In this document: positions 8,902 to 22,718 of the stretch, one piece after another | Layout: every line of letters begins with the position of its first letter | How positions within the stretch are numbered: position 1 is the first letter of the stretch | Assembly (NCBI GenBank): GCA_026388115.1 | Contig: JAPLKK010000033.1 | Coordinates: 2,470-66,469 of the forward strand | Reading direction: 5' to 3' | Source of the DNA: Elusimicrobiota bacterium | GTDB taxonomy: Bacteria > Elusimicrobiota > Elusimicrobia > UBA1565 > JACRDR01 | DNA length: 64,000 nucleotides | The notes under the pieces: model-generated | The model's input: only the letters and a program-made list of their open reading frames with translations | Databases searched by the model: none | What the model was told of the DNA's origin: nothing | Program-made: the position numbers and the translations under genes

Positions 8902-10032
8902 GCAAGCCGAGCGGGGTTCTGGCCCTGGAAGACGGAAGCGTCTTCCGGGGTTTTTCATGCGGGGCCGAAGGCGAGGCGGGCGGAGAGCTGGTCTTCAACA
9001 CCTCGATGACGGGCTACCAGGAAGTCCTCACCGACCCCTCCTATAAGGGCCAGCTTGTCGTGATGACGTATCCGCAGATCGGCAATTACGGCATCACCGC
9101 GGAAGATAACGAATCGAAAAAGCCATTTCTTGAGGCGTTCGTCGTCCGGGAGCTGTGCCGGCATCCCTCCAACTGGCAGTCGGTCGAGACGGTCGAGTTC
9201 TTCCTCAAGAAGCACGGCGTGTGCGCGATCGAGGGCATCGACACGCGCGCGCTGACGCTCAAGCTTCGCGATAAAGGGTCTTTACGCGCGATCGTATCCT
9301 CCGTGGACCTCGACGGCAAACGGCTGGTCGAGAAGGCGCGCGGGCTGCCGTCGATGGCCGGAAGCGACTTTGCGCAGACGGTGACTTGCGACAAGGCGCA
9401 TCCCTGGACGGAGAAGCTCCAGGCGGGACCCTCGGGCCTTGGCGAGTTCCTGGTGCCCGGGCGACCGCTGCATGTCGTCGTGGTGGATTTCGGCGTGAAA
9501 TACAGCATCCTCCGCTGCCTTGCGACGCTCGGTTTTCGCGTGACGGTCGTGCCGGCGAAAATGACGGCGGAGGAGATCCTCGCGCTCAAGCCGGACGGCG
9601 TGCTCCTCTCCAACGGCCCAGGCGACCCGGAACCGGTCACTTACGCCATCGAGACGATCAAGAGGCTCATCGAGACAGGCACGCCGCTGTTCGGCATCTG
9701 CCTCGGCCATCAGCTTCTTGGGCTGGCGCTGGGCGCAAAGACGTTCAAGTTGAAGTTCGGCCATCATGGCGCCAATCATCCGGTCAAAGATCTGACCACG
9801 GGAAAGATCGAGATCACGACGCAGAACCATGGCTTCTGCGTGGATATAGATTCCCTGCCGCGCGAGGTGAAGACGACGCACGTCAATCTCAACGACGGGA
9901 CCTCGGAGGGGATGGCGCACACACAGCTGCCGCTCTTCTCCGTGCAATATCATCCGGAGGCGGCGGCGGGGCCGCATGACACGAGGTATCTCTTCAAACG
10001 ATTTGGCGAGGTGATGGTAGAGAAGAAGATTC

Positions 10033-10040
<8 letters not shown>
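8898..10040 (+). CDS. carA: Carbamoyl-phosphate synthase small subunit
   Basis: [35 protein letters not shown]. Confidence 0.97.
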
Positions 10041-13285
<3,245 letters not shown>

Positions 13286-13299
<14 letters not shown>

Positions 13300-14998
13300 T
13301 CGCCCGGCGGAAGAACTTGCGGATGGCGAGGCGGAGCTTGTCTCCGGGCGGCAGGCGGGCGAAGTTCGCGCGCAGGACGCCCTTGGTGAAGTAGGTCGGC
13401 TGAGAGACGTCGACAGGGACCTCGATCACCGCGGATCTCCCCCCGCGCGCGGTCCGGAGCGCCCGCTCGACCGCATAGGGAACCTCGTCGTCGGAACCGG
13501 CGAGGAAATACGCCGCGCGGCACAGGCGAGCCAGGCCCTCGATGCTGTAATCGGGCAGCTTCGTCGCGGCGGCGCGGCCGAGCGCGAGGCGCTGAAACTG
13601 GGCGATCTGCCCCAGCTCGCCGTCTTTCAGCGCGCAGACCACGACGGGGGCGCGCTCCTGGACGGACGTCATGAGCGAGAGCCCGGTCATGAGCAGGGCG
13701 CCGTCTCCGGCCACCGCGATCACGTCCGCCTCCGGACGCGCGAACTTGGCGCCGATGGCGGCGGGGACGGAGTAGCCCATGCACGAGAAATCCACCGGGG
13801 CCAGGAAGCGGCCGGGCTTGTCGAGGCGCAGGCGCTCCATCGCGAGGAAAAGCCCGTTGCCGCTGTCGGCGGTGTAAACGGCCCGGGGCGCCGCGCGCTG
13901 CAGCGCGTCGAAAAGAGCTTTCGGCGAAACGCGGCCCGGCTCGGCCTCGCCCGAAGCAAGCGCCTTGGCGTGGCCCTCTTTCAGGCGGCGCTCCAGCTCC
14001 TCCGGACGCGGGCGGGCCTCGACCTTGGGAAGCAGCGCGTCCAGGAACGCGCCCGCGTCGGCTTCGATCGCCAGGCTCGCCGGAAAATTCTTCCCAAACA
14101 CGCCCGCGTCCGCGTCGACATGGATGAGGCAGCGGGGCGCCGGCAGGTCGTAGCCGCCCGTCCCCACCTCGCTGAAGCGGCAGCCCAACGCCAGGATGAC
14201 GTCCGCGTGTTCCAGTTCGCGCGCGGCGAACCGCGGCGCGGCGCAGCCGGCCACGCTCCAGAGCCAAAGGGGATGCGTCTCCGGAAAGACGCCTTTGCCC
14301 TGGATCGTGGTGGCGACCGGGGAGCCGAGCCTCTCCGCCAGCGCCGTCAGCGCCGCCTGCGCGCCGCGCGCCCCGTAGCCGGCGCACAGCACCGGCCGCT
14401 TCGCTGCGCCAAGCAACCGGGCGGCCTCCTCGACCGCGGCCGGAGCGGGAGCGCGCGGCGCCGGCGGTTTGGCCGCATGCTCCATCTTCGGCCAGAGGTG
14501 CGACAACAGATACAGCTCCGCCGGCACCTCGACGGCGACGGGGCCGGCCGGCGCCGCCCGCGCCAGCTCGAAGGCCTCGCGGACGGCGCCGTAGAGTTCC
14601 CCGGCCGCTCTAGGACGCAGCACGGCCTTGGTCACGGGCTTGAGCAAGGCGGCCTGGTCGATGTCGTGAAGCTGGAAGGCGCGGCCGGAGTCGGAGCGGA
14701 CGGCGCAGGCGAGGACCACCATCGGCACCTGGTCCAGATACGCCTCGGCGACGGCGGAGAGGGCATGGGTCAGGCCCGCGCCGGGAACGAGGCTGACGAC
14801 GCCGGTCTCCTCCGAGGCGCGCGACACGCCGTCCGCCATGAAGGCGGCGGCCCGCTCATCGGTGACGAGCACGGCGCGCGCCTTCGAACCCGCCAGCGCG
14901 TCGTAAAGGGCGACGTTGTGGGTGCCGGGAACGCCGAAGACGCGCCGGACGCCCGCGTCCTCGAGAGCGCGCGCGACGATCTGCCCGCCGTCGAGCAT
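13286..14998 (-). CDS. Thiamine-pyrophosphate-binding protein (acetolactate synthase-like)
   Basis: [35 protein letters not shown] motif GDGA. Confidence 0.88.
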
Positions 14999-15045
14999 CA
15001 GCTGAACACCTCGTGCGACCGCGAGAGGACGGCCATGCGCCGAGT

Positions 15046-16497
15046 TTAGCGGGCGAGGGCGACTTTGTAAAGAGTCGGGCGCTGGTAGGAGAAGAACACG
15101 TCCTCGTAGGAGCCAGTCGTCCCGTCGGCGCGGACGAAAGAAGCGCCCGCGCGGCGGACGACGTCGGAGCCCTGGCCGTCGAAATCGGCGGTGCGCATCG
15201 AAGGGGCGTTCGAGAGCCGGATCTCGCCGACGCCGGCCTCCTCCAAGGAGACCGTGCGGGCGGTCAACGAGCCGCGCCGCATGCCCAGGCCGTACGCCTT
15301 CGCGAGGGCGGCGAGCGCGCGCGCATCGAGGCGGCCGCCGGCCAGGGTCCCCTCGGGCAGCACCCCTTCGCGCTCGGCCTTCTTGACCAGGCCCGCGAGC
15401 GCCTCGAAGCCGTCCACGAAGCCGTCCGGCCGGCCCCGGCCTTCGAGGTCCGTGCGGTCGCCGAAGAGCTGGCTTCCGTTGCCGCCCGCGACGCCGTCGC
15501 GGTTCCTGAACACGAGCACCCCCGTGCCCGAGCCGATGTCATGGATCGTCGAGATCCGCCCGTCGCCGGACAGGTCGAAGCGCGCGAACCCGTCGGAGAC
15601 GCGCACGCCGCGGCCGGACAGGTCGAAGACCAGCGGGCTCATGTGCGTGACCGTCTGGTTCCCCAGCGCGTCCTGGATGATGATGGTGTTGCGCTGTCCG
15701 AAATCCTTCGACTGGTCGTAGCCCCCGTAGATCCACTTCTGGCCGTTGCCCAAGTCGACGGCCGGCCGGCCCTGCGCATCGGTGGTGCAGCGCGTCCCCA
15801 GGCCGCTGCAATTAGCGAACATGCCGTGGCGCGCGTAGTCGGTGTTGATGTTCGCCATCGCCTCCCTGACGCCGACGCTTCCGCGGACGATGGCGGCGGC
15901 GAGGACGCTGCCCGCCAGCGCCGCCTTCCCCCGCAGGCCGGGCCCGCCCGCGTGCCAGAGCGAGGAGACGAAGTGCAGCCGCTTGAAGCCGGCGGGGTCG
16001 GCGTCGGAAGAGAGCCATTCGGAGCTCGCGGCCCGCAGGCTGGGCCGCCGCGCGACATGCTCCACCATCTTCTCCTCCGGCGCCGGCTGGACCGCGAACG
16101 CGGCGACGGCCGCGGGCGCCGCGCCAAGCGCGGGGAGGACCGGGGACTCGTTGACGATCGGGGCGGCGAGGGAGAAGGGCACGAGGCCGTCCTCGTATTG
16201 CGGCGTGAGCGCCTGGGCGGGGTCATAAGGCGCGAGGATCTCGGGTGCGGCGGCCGCGGGCAAGGCCGCCTCGGGGGCCGGTTGCGGCAGGGGGGCCGCG
16301 GAAGGCTCGACCGCCGGCTCGATGGCGGACTTCGGCGCCTCGAAGATGGCGAAAGAGGCGACGCCCGCGGCGAAAAGCAGTTGGGCCACGAACGCCGAAG
16401 GCGCGCTCAGCCGGGCAACGGTCCGCCGCGCCTGCGGGGCAGGGCGGGGAGCGGCCTTGGCCGCTTCGGCGAGTTCAACGTAGGCCAGGGTCTCCAT
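15046..16497 (-). CDS. Membrane-anchored/exported protein with an RTX-associated Ca-binding-like C-terminal domain
   Basis: GAGGAG SD; N-terminal TM and Pro/Ala linker; SPLVFDLSGRG, RFDLSGDG, NGSQLFGD, DGFEALA motifs. Confidence 0.65.
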   Translation of the reverse strand: METLAYVELAEAAKAAPRPAPQARRTVARLSAPSAFVAQLLFAAGVASFAIFEAPKSAIEPAVEPSAAPLPQPAPEAALPAAAAPEILAPYDPAQALTPQYEDGLVPFSLAAPIVNESPVLPALGAAPAAVAAFAVQPAPEEKMVEHVARRPSLRAASSEWLSSDADPAGFKRLHFVSSLWHAGGPGLRGKAALAGSVLAAAIVRGSVGVREAMANINTDYARHGMFANCSGLGTRCTTDAQGRPAVDLGNGQKWIYGGYDQSKDFGQRNTIIIQDALGNQTVTHMSPLVFDLSGRGVRVSDGFARFDLSGDGRISTIHDIGSGTGVLVFRNRDGVAGGNGSQLFGDRTDLEGRGRPDGFVDGFEALAGLVKKAEREGVLPEGTLAGGRLDARALAALAKAYGLGMRRGSLTARTVSLEEAGVGEIRLSNAPSMRTADFDGQGSDVVRRAGASFVRADGTTGSYEDVFFSYQRPTLYKVALAR

Positions 16498-16649
16498 TTT
16501 CTCCTCTCTCGCCCATAGCATGCCTGTCCCAGGCAAAATGCCGTTAGCCTTTCGGTTAAAGTTTGGACATATAGGCCCTTGGACCTATTCGGCATAGGTC
16601 CCTAAGGCCCAGGGGAGCCGCCCCCCCTTCCTCTTATAATATCGATGTC

Positions 16650-17594
16650 ATGGGACGGTTCTGGAGCTTCCTCTCGGCGCTGACAATCCTCTGCGGCGCC
16701 GCCCTTTTGCCCGCAAAAGCCGCCGTCACCCTCGTCCAGCCGGTCGAACTGGACAATAAGATCGACGACATCAAAGACGCCCTCGCCGACGTCAACGCGG
16801 ACCCGGCCGGCCTGCACGTCAGGGCCCAGCGGATGTTCGACCAGGCGCAGGACACTCACCATATTCCGGTGACGGGCATCGGCGAATGGCAGCGGCCCGA
16901 GGCGCTCACCGCGGACCCGGCCGAGGAAGCCGACGTGGCCGCGACCCTGCGCAAGTTCAAGGGCCTCGTGACTTCCGAGCCGCCGCCGCCGATCGCCAAA
17001 TCGCCGGACGCGCACAACCGCATCCTCGAGGACTACGCCGCTTTCGAGGACCTCGTCGGGCAGGACCGCGTGAAGAAGGACACGGACGGCCAGCTCCCGA
17101 AGAACGCCGTCGCGGCCTATGTCTGGAACGTGGCCGAGAGCGCGAAAGACGGTGCGGTCGACGGGATGATGCTCGCCCAGCCGGCCCTCTTCAAGGCGGC
17201 GCGCAAGCTCGGCGAGTTCATCCTCCCCACCCTCGGCGCGCACGAGCCGCGCCACCGCATGGAGCACCTGCAGGACGCCAAGAAGCTCTCCGACCAGGTG
17301 CAGGACGAGGAGGTCGAGGCCTTCTACGACGAGGGCGCGCTCATGACCTGGATGGACCCCTCGGGCGAGAAGTTCATGTACCTGTGGACCGTCACCGTCG
17401 AGCGGCCCGACACGCCGAAGTTCGTCGTCGAGTACGTCAAGCACCTCGCCAAGGTGCGCTACGCCTACAGCCAGGGCCGCCCGGCGATCAAACAGCTCGT
17501 GCAGGAGCTGGGCTACGAGGACAAGCCCGGCCAGTACCAGGCGACCCAGCAGGCCGTGCAGGCGCCGGCGGCCGCCGGCCAGCCCGGCTCCTGA
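16650..17594 (+). CDS. Hypothetical exported protein
   Basis: Signal peptide (…LLPAKA), host-like codon usage, TATAAT 9 nt upstream. Confidence 0.75.
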   Translation: MGRFWSFLSALTILCGAALLPAKAAVTLVQPVELDNKIDDIKDALADVNADPAGLHVRAQRMFDQAQDTHHIPVTGIGEWQRPEALTADPAEEADVAATLRKFKGLVTSEPPPPIAKSPDAHNRILEDYAAFEDLVGQDRVKKDTDGQLPKNAVAAYVWNVAESAKDGAVDGMMLAQPALFKAARKLGEFILPTLGAHEPRHRMEHLQDAKKLSDQVQDEEVEAFYDEGALMTWMDPSGEKFMYLWTVTVERPDTPKFVVEYVKHLAKVRYAYSQGRPAIKQLVQELGYEDKPGQYQATQQAVQAPAAAGQPGS

Positions 17595-18332
17595 TCAGCC
17601 GAGCGCGCTCACCGCGAAGGCCGCCGCGGTCCCCAAGACAGTCGCCACGACCGTTCCCGCCGTGCTTTGCTCGCTGTGGGCCTCGGACAAGAGATAGGCT
17701 CCGCCGATATACAGGATGAAGCCGGCGAAATATCCCAGGAAGATCGTCAGCGTCTGGGGCGAAGGCTGGATGAAGAAGGTCAGGATGACGCCCGCGATCG
17801 GCGCCAGCGCGTCCACGACCAGCAGGGCGGCGGCCCGCCGGTCTGAATTCTCCGAGTTGAGCATCACGGCGACGGTGTTCATTCCGTCGATGGCGTCGTG
17901 CGAGATGACCGCGACGCCGACGGTGATGCCGATCGCGTGGCTCACCTGGAACGCCAGGCCGAGGCAGATGCCGTCGGTCATGCTGTGGCCGATGAGCGCC
18001 ACCGCCGACAATATCCCCGCCTGCGGGTGGCGGTGCCCCGCGTCGCAGTAGCCCTCGCCGTGGTGGATCGCGATCGCGCGCTCCAGGACGTGAAAGATAA
18101 GATAGCCGGCGGCGAAAGCCATCATCGGCCCGCGGGCGGAGACGCCGAGGTCGCGCACGCGCGTCATGATCTCCGGGAGGATGTCGAAGGTCACCAAGCC
18201 GAGCATGACGCCGGCGGCCAGGCCCATCAGCAGGTGCATCCGCTTGCGCAGGCGGAACGCCCCCAGGCCTCCAAGGAGCGTGGAGACGAGCGAGGCCGCG
18301 CAAAAGCCCATCGGCAGAAGGTAGCGGTTCAT
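17595..18332 (-). CDS. ZIP-family metal transporter
   Basis: Multiple TM helices, His-rich loop, GHSMTDG and SHDAIDG motifs. Confidence 0.88.
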   Translation of the reverse strand: MNRYLLPMGFCAASLVSTLLGGLGAFRLRKRMHLLMGLAAGVMLGLVTFDILPEIMTRVRDLGVSARGPMMAFAAGYLIFHVLERAIAIHHGEGYCDAGHRHPQAGILSAVALIGHSMTDGICLGLAFQVSHAIGITVGVAVISHDAIDGMNTVAVMLNSENSDRRAAALLVVDALAPIAGVILTFFIQPSPQTLTIFLGYFAGFILYIGGAYLLSEAHSEQSTAGTVVATVLGTAAAFAVSALG

Positions 18333-19198
18333 GACAAGGCAGCGCGCACGCCGCGCACGGCGCTCGAAAGGAGCAGGAGGATGAACGCCATGGCGACGAC
18401 CACCGGGCCGAGCGGCAGGTCATAGGTGTACGAGACGTAGAAGCCGCCGAAGGCGCTGATGCCGCCGAGAAGCGCCGACAAGACGGAGAACGACATGATC
18501 CCCCGCGACCAGGGCAATGCCGTCATGGGCGGAAGCACCAGGAAGCCGAAGATGACCAGCGGGCCGACCGTCATGACGCCCAAGGAGATCGTCAGCCCGA
18601 CGAGCGCGTAGAGGAGCACGTCCCAGAGCAGCACGTTGCGGCCCAGGGTCACGGCCATGTCCCGGTCGTAGGAAACGAGCAGGAACTCCTTCTGGAACAC
18701 CAGCATCGTGGCCGCCACGACGCCGAAGACGTCGAGCATGGCGTGGAAGTCGGCCTCGGAGATGGAGACGATCTCGCCCTTGAGCAGCCCCAGCATCTCG
18801 GTCTCCCCCGCCGCGTTCCAGGCGACGAAGAGGATGGAGGCCGCCCCGGCCGCCGCGTAGATGGCGCCGATGCGGCCCTCGGACATGCCTTGGCTGCGCC
18901 GCTCGAGCCAGGCAAGGATCAGGATCGCCAAGCCGGTGAAGATCAGAGAGCCGATGATCGCCAGATGCTTCTCCTGGCTCTCGCTGCCCGAGAAATAGTT
19001 GAGGCCCAGGCCCTGGAGCAGGAAGGCGAAAGCGATGCCTGCCGCCGAGACCTGAGGCAAGGCGACTCCCCAGAAGACGAGCCGCCTCAGCACGAAGTAG
19101 ACGCCGACGAGCGGGCAGACGAGGCCCACCACAAGGCTGCCGTACACCGCATGGTGCAGGAGGAAGTCGGGCTTGATGATCTCAAGGAGCTGGCTCAT
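18329..19198 (-). CDS. Zn/Mn ABC transporter permease (ZnuB/MntB-like)
   Basis: CPLVGVYFVLRR, SYDRDMA, GPLVIFGFLVLP, DLPLGP; ATG at 19198 overlaps the ATPase stop. Confidence 0.9.
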   Translation of the reverse strand: MSQLLEIIKPDFLLHHAVYGSLVVGLVCPLVGVYFVLRRLVFWGVALPQVSAAGIAFAFLLQGLGLNYFSGSESQEKHLAIIGSLIFTGLAILILAWLERRSQGMSEGRIGAIYAAAGAASILFVAWNAAGETEMLGLLKGEIVSISEADFHAMLDVFGVVAATMLVFQKEFLLVSYDRDMAVTLGRNVLLWDVLLYALVGLTISLGVMTVGPLVIFGFLVLPPMTALPWSRGIMSFSVLSALLGGISAFGGFYVSYTYDLPLGPVVVAMAFILLLLSSAVRGVRAALS

Positions 19199-19911
19199 CC
19201 CGCCTCTCCGTGGAAGATCTCCTTCAGCTCGCCGGTCAGCATCTCCTCGGTCGTCCCCATGGCGGCCTTGCCGTCGTTGCACCAGAGGATGTGCGTGAAC
19301 AAGCCCTTCTCGGCGCGGATGCGATGGCTGACCATGAGGATGGTCAGGCCGCGGTCCTGCTTGAGCTCGCCGAGGAGCTTGAGCAAGGCCTTTTGCGTCG
19401 TCACGTCGATGCCGGCCAAGGGCTCGTCCAAGGCGAGCACCTCGGGCTCGGCGGCGAGGGCGCGCGCGATGAGCACGCGCTGCTTCTGCCCGCCGGAAAG
19501 GTCGCTGTACAGCTTGTCGGCCAGCGTCTGCGCGCCCGCCGCCGCCAGGCAGTCCTGCACGAACCCGCGGCGGCCAAGGCCGCGCAGCCGCTGGAACAGC
19601 TCGACGTTGCGATAGGTGCCCATGGCCACCACGTCGAAAGCCGAGAGCGGGTAAAGCGGGTCGAGCCGTTCTTTTTGGGGAACGTAGCCGAAGCGCACCA
19701 AGCCGAGACCGGCCCCCCGTCGGACGAGTTGTCCCTTGAGCGGCGGGATCAGCCCCAGGAGCGTCCTGAGCAACGTGGTCTTGCCCGAGCCGTTGTGGCC
19801 CAGGATGCCGACGAACGAGCCCGCCTCGATGCCCGCGTCCACTCCCGCGAGCACGGCGTTCTTGCCGTAGCCCAACGAGGCGTGCCTGAACTTGAAGAGC
19901 GGCTCTATCAG
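19195..19911 (-). CDS. Zn/Mn ABC transporter ATP-binding protein (probable CTG start)
   Basis: GHNGSGKT, GYVPQ, LSGGQKQR, LDEP; AAGGAG 5 nt before an in-frame CTG that overlaps the upstream TGA. Confidence 0.88.
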   Translation of the reverse strand: MIEPLFKFRHASLGYGKNAVLAGVDAGIEAGSFVGILGHNGSGKTTLLRTLLGLIPPLKGQLVRRGAGLGLVRFGYVPQKERLDPLYPLSAFDVVAMGTYRNVELFQRLRGLGRRGFVQDCLAAAGAQTLADKLYSDLSGGQKQRVLIARALAAEPEVLALDEPLAGIDVTTQKALLKLLGELKQDRGLTILMVSHRIRAEKGLFTHILWCNDGKAAMGTTEEMLTGELKEIFHGEAG

Positions 19912-20846
19912 GAAGGCTCCTTGCCCGTCACGGCGGTCACGATGTTCTTGAGGTTCTTCTCCTGGAGCTTCACCCAGGTCTTGGTGTCCGGCAGGGAATT
20001 CGCCATGACGCCGATGACGGCGATCTTGGCGCCCGTCTGCTCGGCGAGCCACTCGACGGTCTTCGTCTCGAAATGCTGCTCGCGGACGATGAGCTTCACG
20101 TTCTGGGCCTTCATCTCCTCGACGAGCCGCTCCAGGTGCGTCGGCGTGGGCGGCACGCCCGGCTTGAACTCGACCGTGTCGATGAAATCCAGGCCGGTGA
20201 ACTTGCCCAGGTAGGCCACGTCCTTATGGTAAGAGATCGCCTTGACGCCCTTGAGAGACGCGACCCATTTCCTCCACTCTGCGATCTTGGGATCCATCTC
20301 CGCGAGAAAAGCCTTGAGGTTCTTCTGGTAATCGGCCGCATGCGCCGGGTCGATGCGAGAAAACCCCGCCGCGATGTTGCGCGCGATCTGCGGGCCGTTC
20401 TGCGGGCCGAGGTTGTAGTGGGGATTGCCGTAGGGGTGCAGCTCCCCCTCCGCGCGGCTCAGCGTCTCCGGCTTCTCCAGGATCTGGACGCCTTCCGACA
20501 CGTCGATGCAGCCCGGGCCCACGCATTCGCGGATGGGATCGGTGCGCATCTTGGGGTTCACCGCCGCGTCGAGCAGGCCGGGCAGGAACGAATGCTCGAC
20601 GGTGAGGCCCAAGTAGATCACCGCGTCGGCTCGATTGAGCCTGGTCACGAAGCTCGGCCGCATGACGACCTGGTGGATGTCCTCGGTCCCCCGGGCCAGC
20701 GAACCCTGCACGTCGACATCATCGCCGCCGATCTGCGAGGCGATGTCGGCCAACTCCGGGATGGTGGCGAGCACCTTGAGCTTGGCCGCGTGCGCGGGCG
20801 CGGCAAGGGCGGCCAGCAGAGCCGCCGCGAAAATCATCCCATTCAC
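19908..20846 (-). CDS. Zn/Mn ABC transporter substrate-binding protein
   Basis: Signal peptide, EDIH, HPYGNPHY, SYHK, KPGVPPTPTHL. Confidence 0.92.
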   Translation of the reverse strand: MNGMIFAAALLAALAAPAHAAKLKVLATIPELADIASQIGGDDVDVQGSLARGTEDIHQVVMRPSFVTRLNRADAVIYLGLTVEHSFLPGLLDAAVNPKMRTDPIRECVGPGCIDVSEGVQILEKPETLSRAEGELHPYGNPHYNLGPQNGPQIARNIAAGFSRIDPAHAADYQKNLKAFLAEMDPKIAEWRKWVASLKGVKAISYHKDVAYLGKFTGLDFIDTVEFKPGVPPTPTHLERLVEEMKAQNVKLIVREQHFETKTVEWLAEQTGAKIAVIGVMANSLPDTKTWVKLQEKNLKNIVTAVTGKEPS

Positions 20847-20856
20847 GAGGCTCTCC

Positions 20857-22081
20857 TCAAGCTCCCCAGCGTCCGCGGAAGCCGTGGACGTGATAGCCGA
20901 TCACGCAAGTCCACTGTAGCGCGATCATGTGCCCCGCGCGCAGGGCGAAGAGGTCGTTGGCCCCGAAGTCCGTGCCGGCCACGCCGGTCACCGCCTCGCG
21001 GAAGTTGTTGACGGTGCGCGAGTACTGGAGCCGCACTCGGTTGAACTCCGTGATCTCGAAGGTGAGATAGCCGGCGAAGGTCTTCGAGACCTTCGCCCGG
21101 TCGCCGGGGAGCTCGGTCACGTCCACGAAGCCGCCGACGTGGGTGTCGCGGCCGAGCTTGGTCTCGATGTTCGAGTAGCCCGCGTAGGAATGCACGCGCC
21201 CGGCGGGGGCGCTCAGATCGGGCGCGTATGCCTCCTCGTTGTCCTGCAGCACCTCGGTCGTCCAGATGATCCCGTGGTAGAGGCCTCCGACCGGAGGCTG
21301 ATAGCGGACGGTCAGGTCCACGCCCGACAGCGCGCGGAAGCTCTTGTTCAGGGCGAGGCCTGCGCCGTTCACCGTCGAAACGACCTGACGTTTAGGCGTC
21401 CAGGCCGCGCTGGCGCCGAGGTCCGCGCCCCAGGAGTCGCCGAGGTCGCCGTAGCCGTGCAGGCGCCCCAGATAGGTGAACCGGTCCAGCGGCCGCGCCG
21501 GCTGATTGTCGGCGCGAACATTGCTGGCGCCGATCTTGTTGTAGGCGCCGACGTAGCCTTCCAGATAGAACGGCGTCGGGAAGAGAAAATTGACGTCCAA
21601 TCCGTCGGCGCGGCTCTCGGACCCGATGTAGGTCACCAGCGAATTCGGCCGATAGACCATCGGGAGCCCGTGATCGGCCGAAAGGCGCGAAGACGCGCCC
21701 GCCTCGAACCGTGAGATTATAGGGAAGGGACGTGGTTTGGGCGGCCGCCTCCTCCACGTCGACGCCGCCATCGAAGCCGGTGATGATGGCGAAGACTTTG
21801 GCGAACGGGTCCGCCGCCGCCTCCAGGTTCAACTCGGCCGCGCGGAAGTCGAAGGTCGCCTTGTCGCTCGTGTTGCGGAACACAGTGTCGAGCGCCATGC
21901 CCATCGCCGGGTTGAACGAGGAGATCGATGCCTTGGCCGGCGCGCCCTCGATGGCCGCGAGACGCTGCTCGAGCGACTTGATGCGCTCCTCGGCGCTCTG
22001 CGGCGCCTCGGCCGCGGGCATCTCCTGCCCGCGTACAGCCGGCGCGAAGCATAAGAGCAGCATCCAAATGAATTTATTCAT
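20857..22081 (-). pseudogene. Zinc-uptake outer-membrane beta-barrel, frameshifted near 21675
   Basis: N-terminal frame (MNKFIW..SFNPAMG..DVEEA..APFGR) and C-terminal frame (DHGLP..YHVHGFRGRWGA) join out of frame. Confidence 0.75.
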
Positions 22082-22139
22082 GACCCTTCGCAAAGAAAGG
22101 CCCTTTCCGGGGCCGGAGGAAGCTCGAATGATAGAAAAT

Positions 22140-22718
22140 TCAGCCAGCCGGCGGGCATCGAGGCTTTGACAGTCGCCGCAGGAAGAAGGCGCCGGCCAGG
22201 CCGAAGGCCAAGCCAAGGAGCGCGCCGCTGGTGACGTCGAGCGGGAAGTGGACGCCGACATACACGCGGCTATAAGCCACGACCACGGCCAAGCCGAAGA
22301 CCCAGGGAGCCGTCGCCGGCTCGACCAGGCTCAGAAACGTCGCTCCAGCGAAGCAATTAGCCGCATGGTTCGAGGGGAAGCTCATGCCGTACATGGGCTG
22401 GGTGCGCAAGACCGTCTCCACCCCCGCTTTCTGGGGCCGGGCGCGATGAAAATACGGCTTAATGATCCTGTGCGCGACCGAATCAGTCAGCCCGATGACC
22501 AGGACCAGGGTCAGGATGGCCTTTGCCGCTGCCCAGCCGCGCCTGTACACCCAGTAGGCCAGCGCAGCCGGCACGACGCCGAAAGCGACCAGCCGGACCT
22601 TGTGGAGATCGGTGACGACCGGCATGGTCTTATCAAGGAAAGAGCACGTCCAGACCTGGTTCACCTGATGGAAGAGCCAATGGTCCGCGCCCCGCAACGA
22701 CTGAAAAACGCTCAGCAT
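22140..22718 (-). CDS. PAP2-family phosphatase
   Basis: K-x6-RP, SFPSNH, SRVYVGVHFPLDV. Confidence 0.92.
   Translation of the reverse strand: MLSVFQSLRGADHWLFHQVNQVWTCSFLDKTMPVVTDLHKVRLVAFGVVPAALAYWVYRRGWAAAKAILTLVLVIGLTDSVAHRIIKPYFHRARPQKAGVETVLRTQPMYGMSFPSNHAANCFAGATFLSLVEPATAPWVFGLAVVVAYSRVYVGVHFPLDVTSGALLGLAFGLAGAFFLRRLSKPRCPPAG

Noticed and set aside
16510-16560. Sigma54 promoter or c-di-GMP riboswitch
   Set aside because: GG-GC spacing is 9 nt rather than 10, and the GEMM second stem is not evident.
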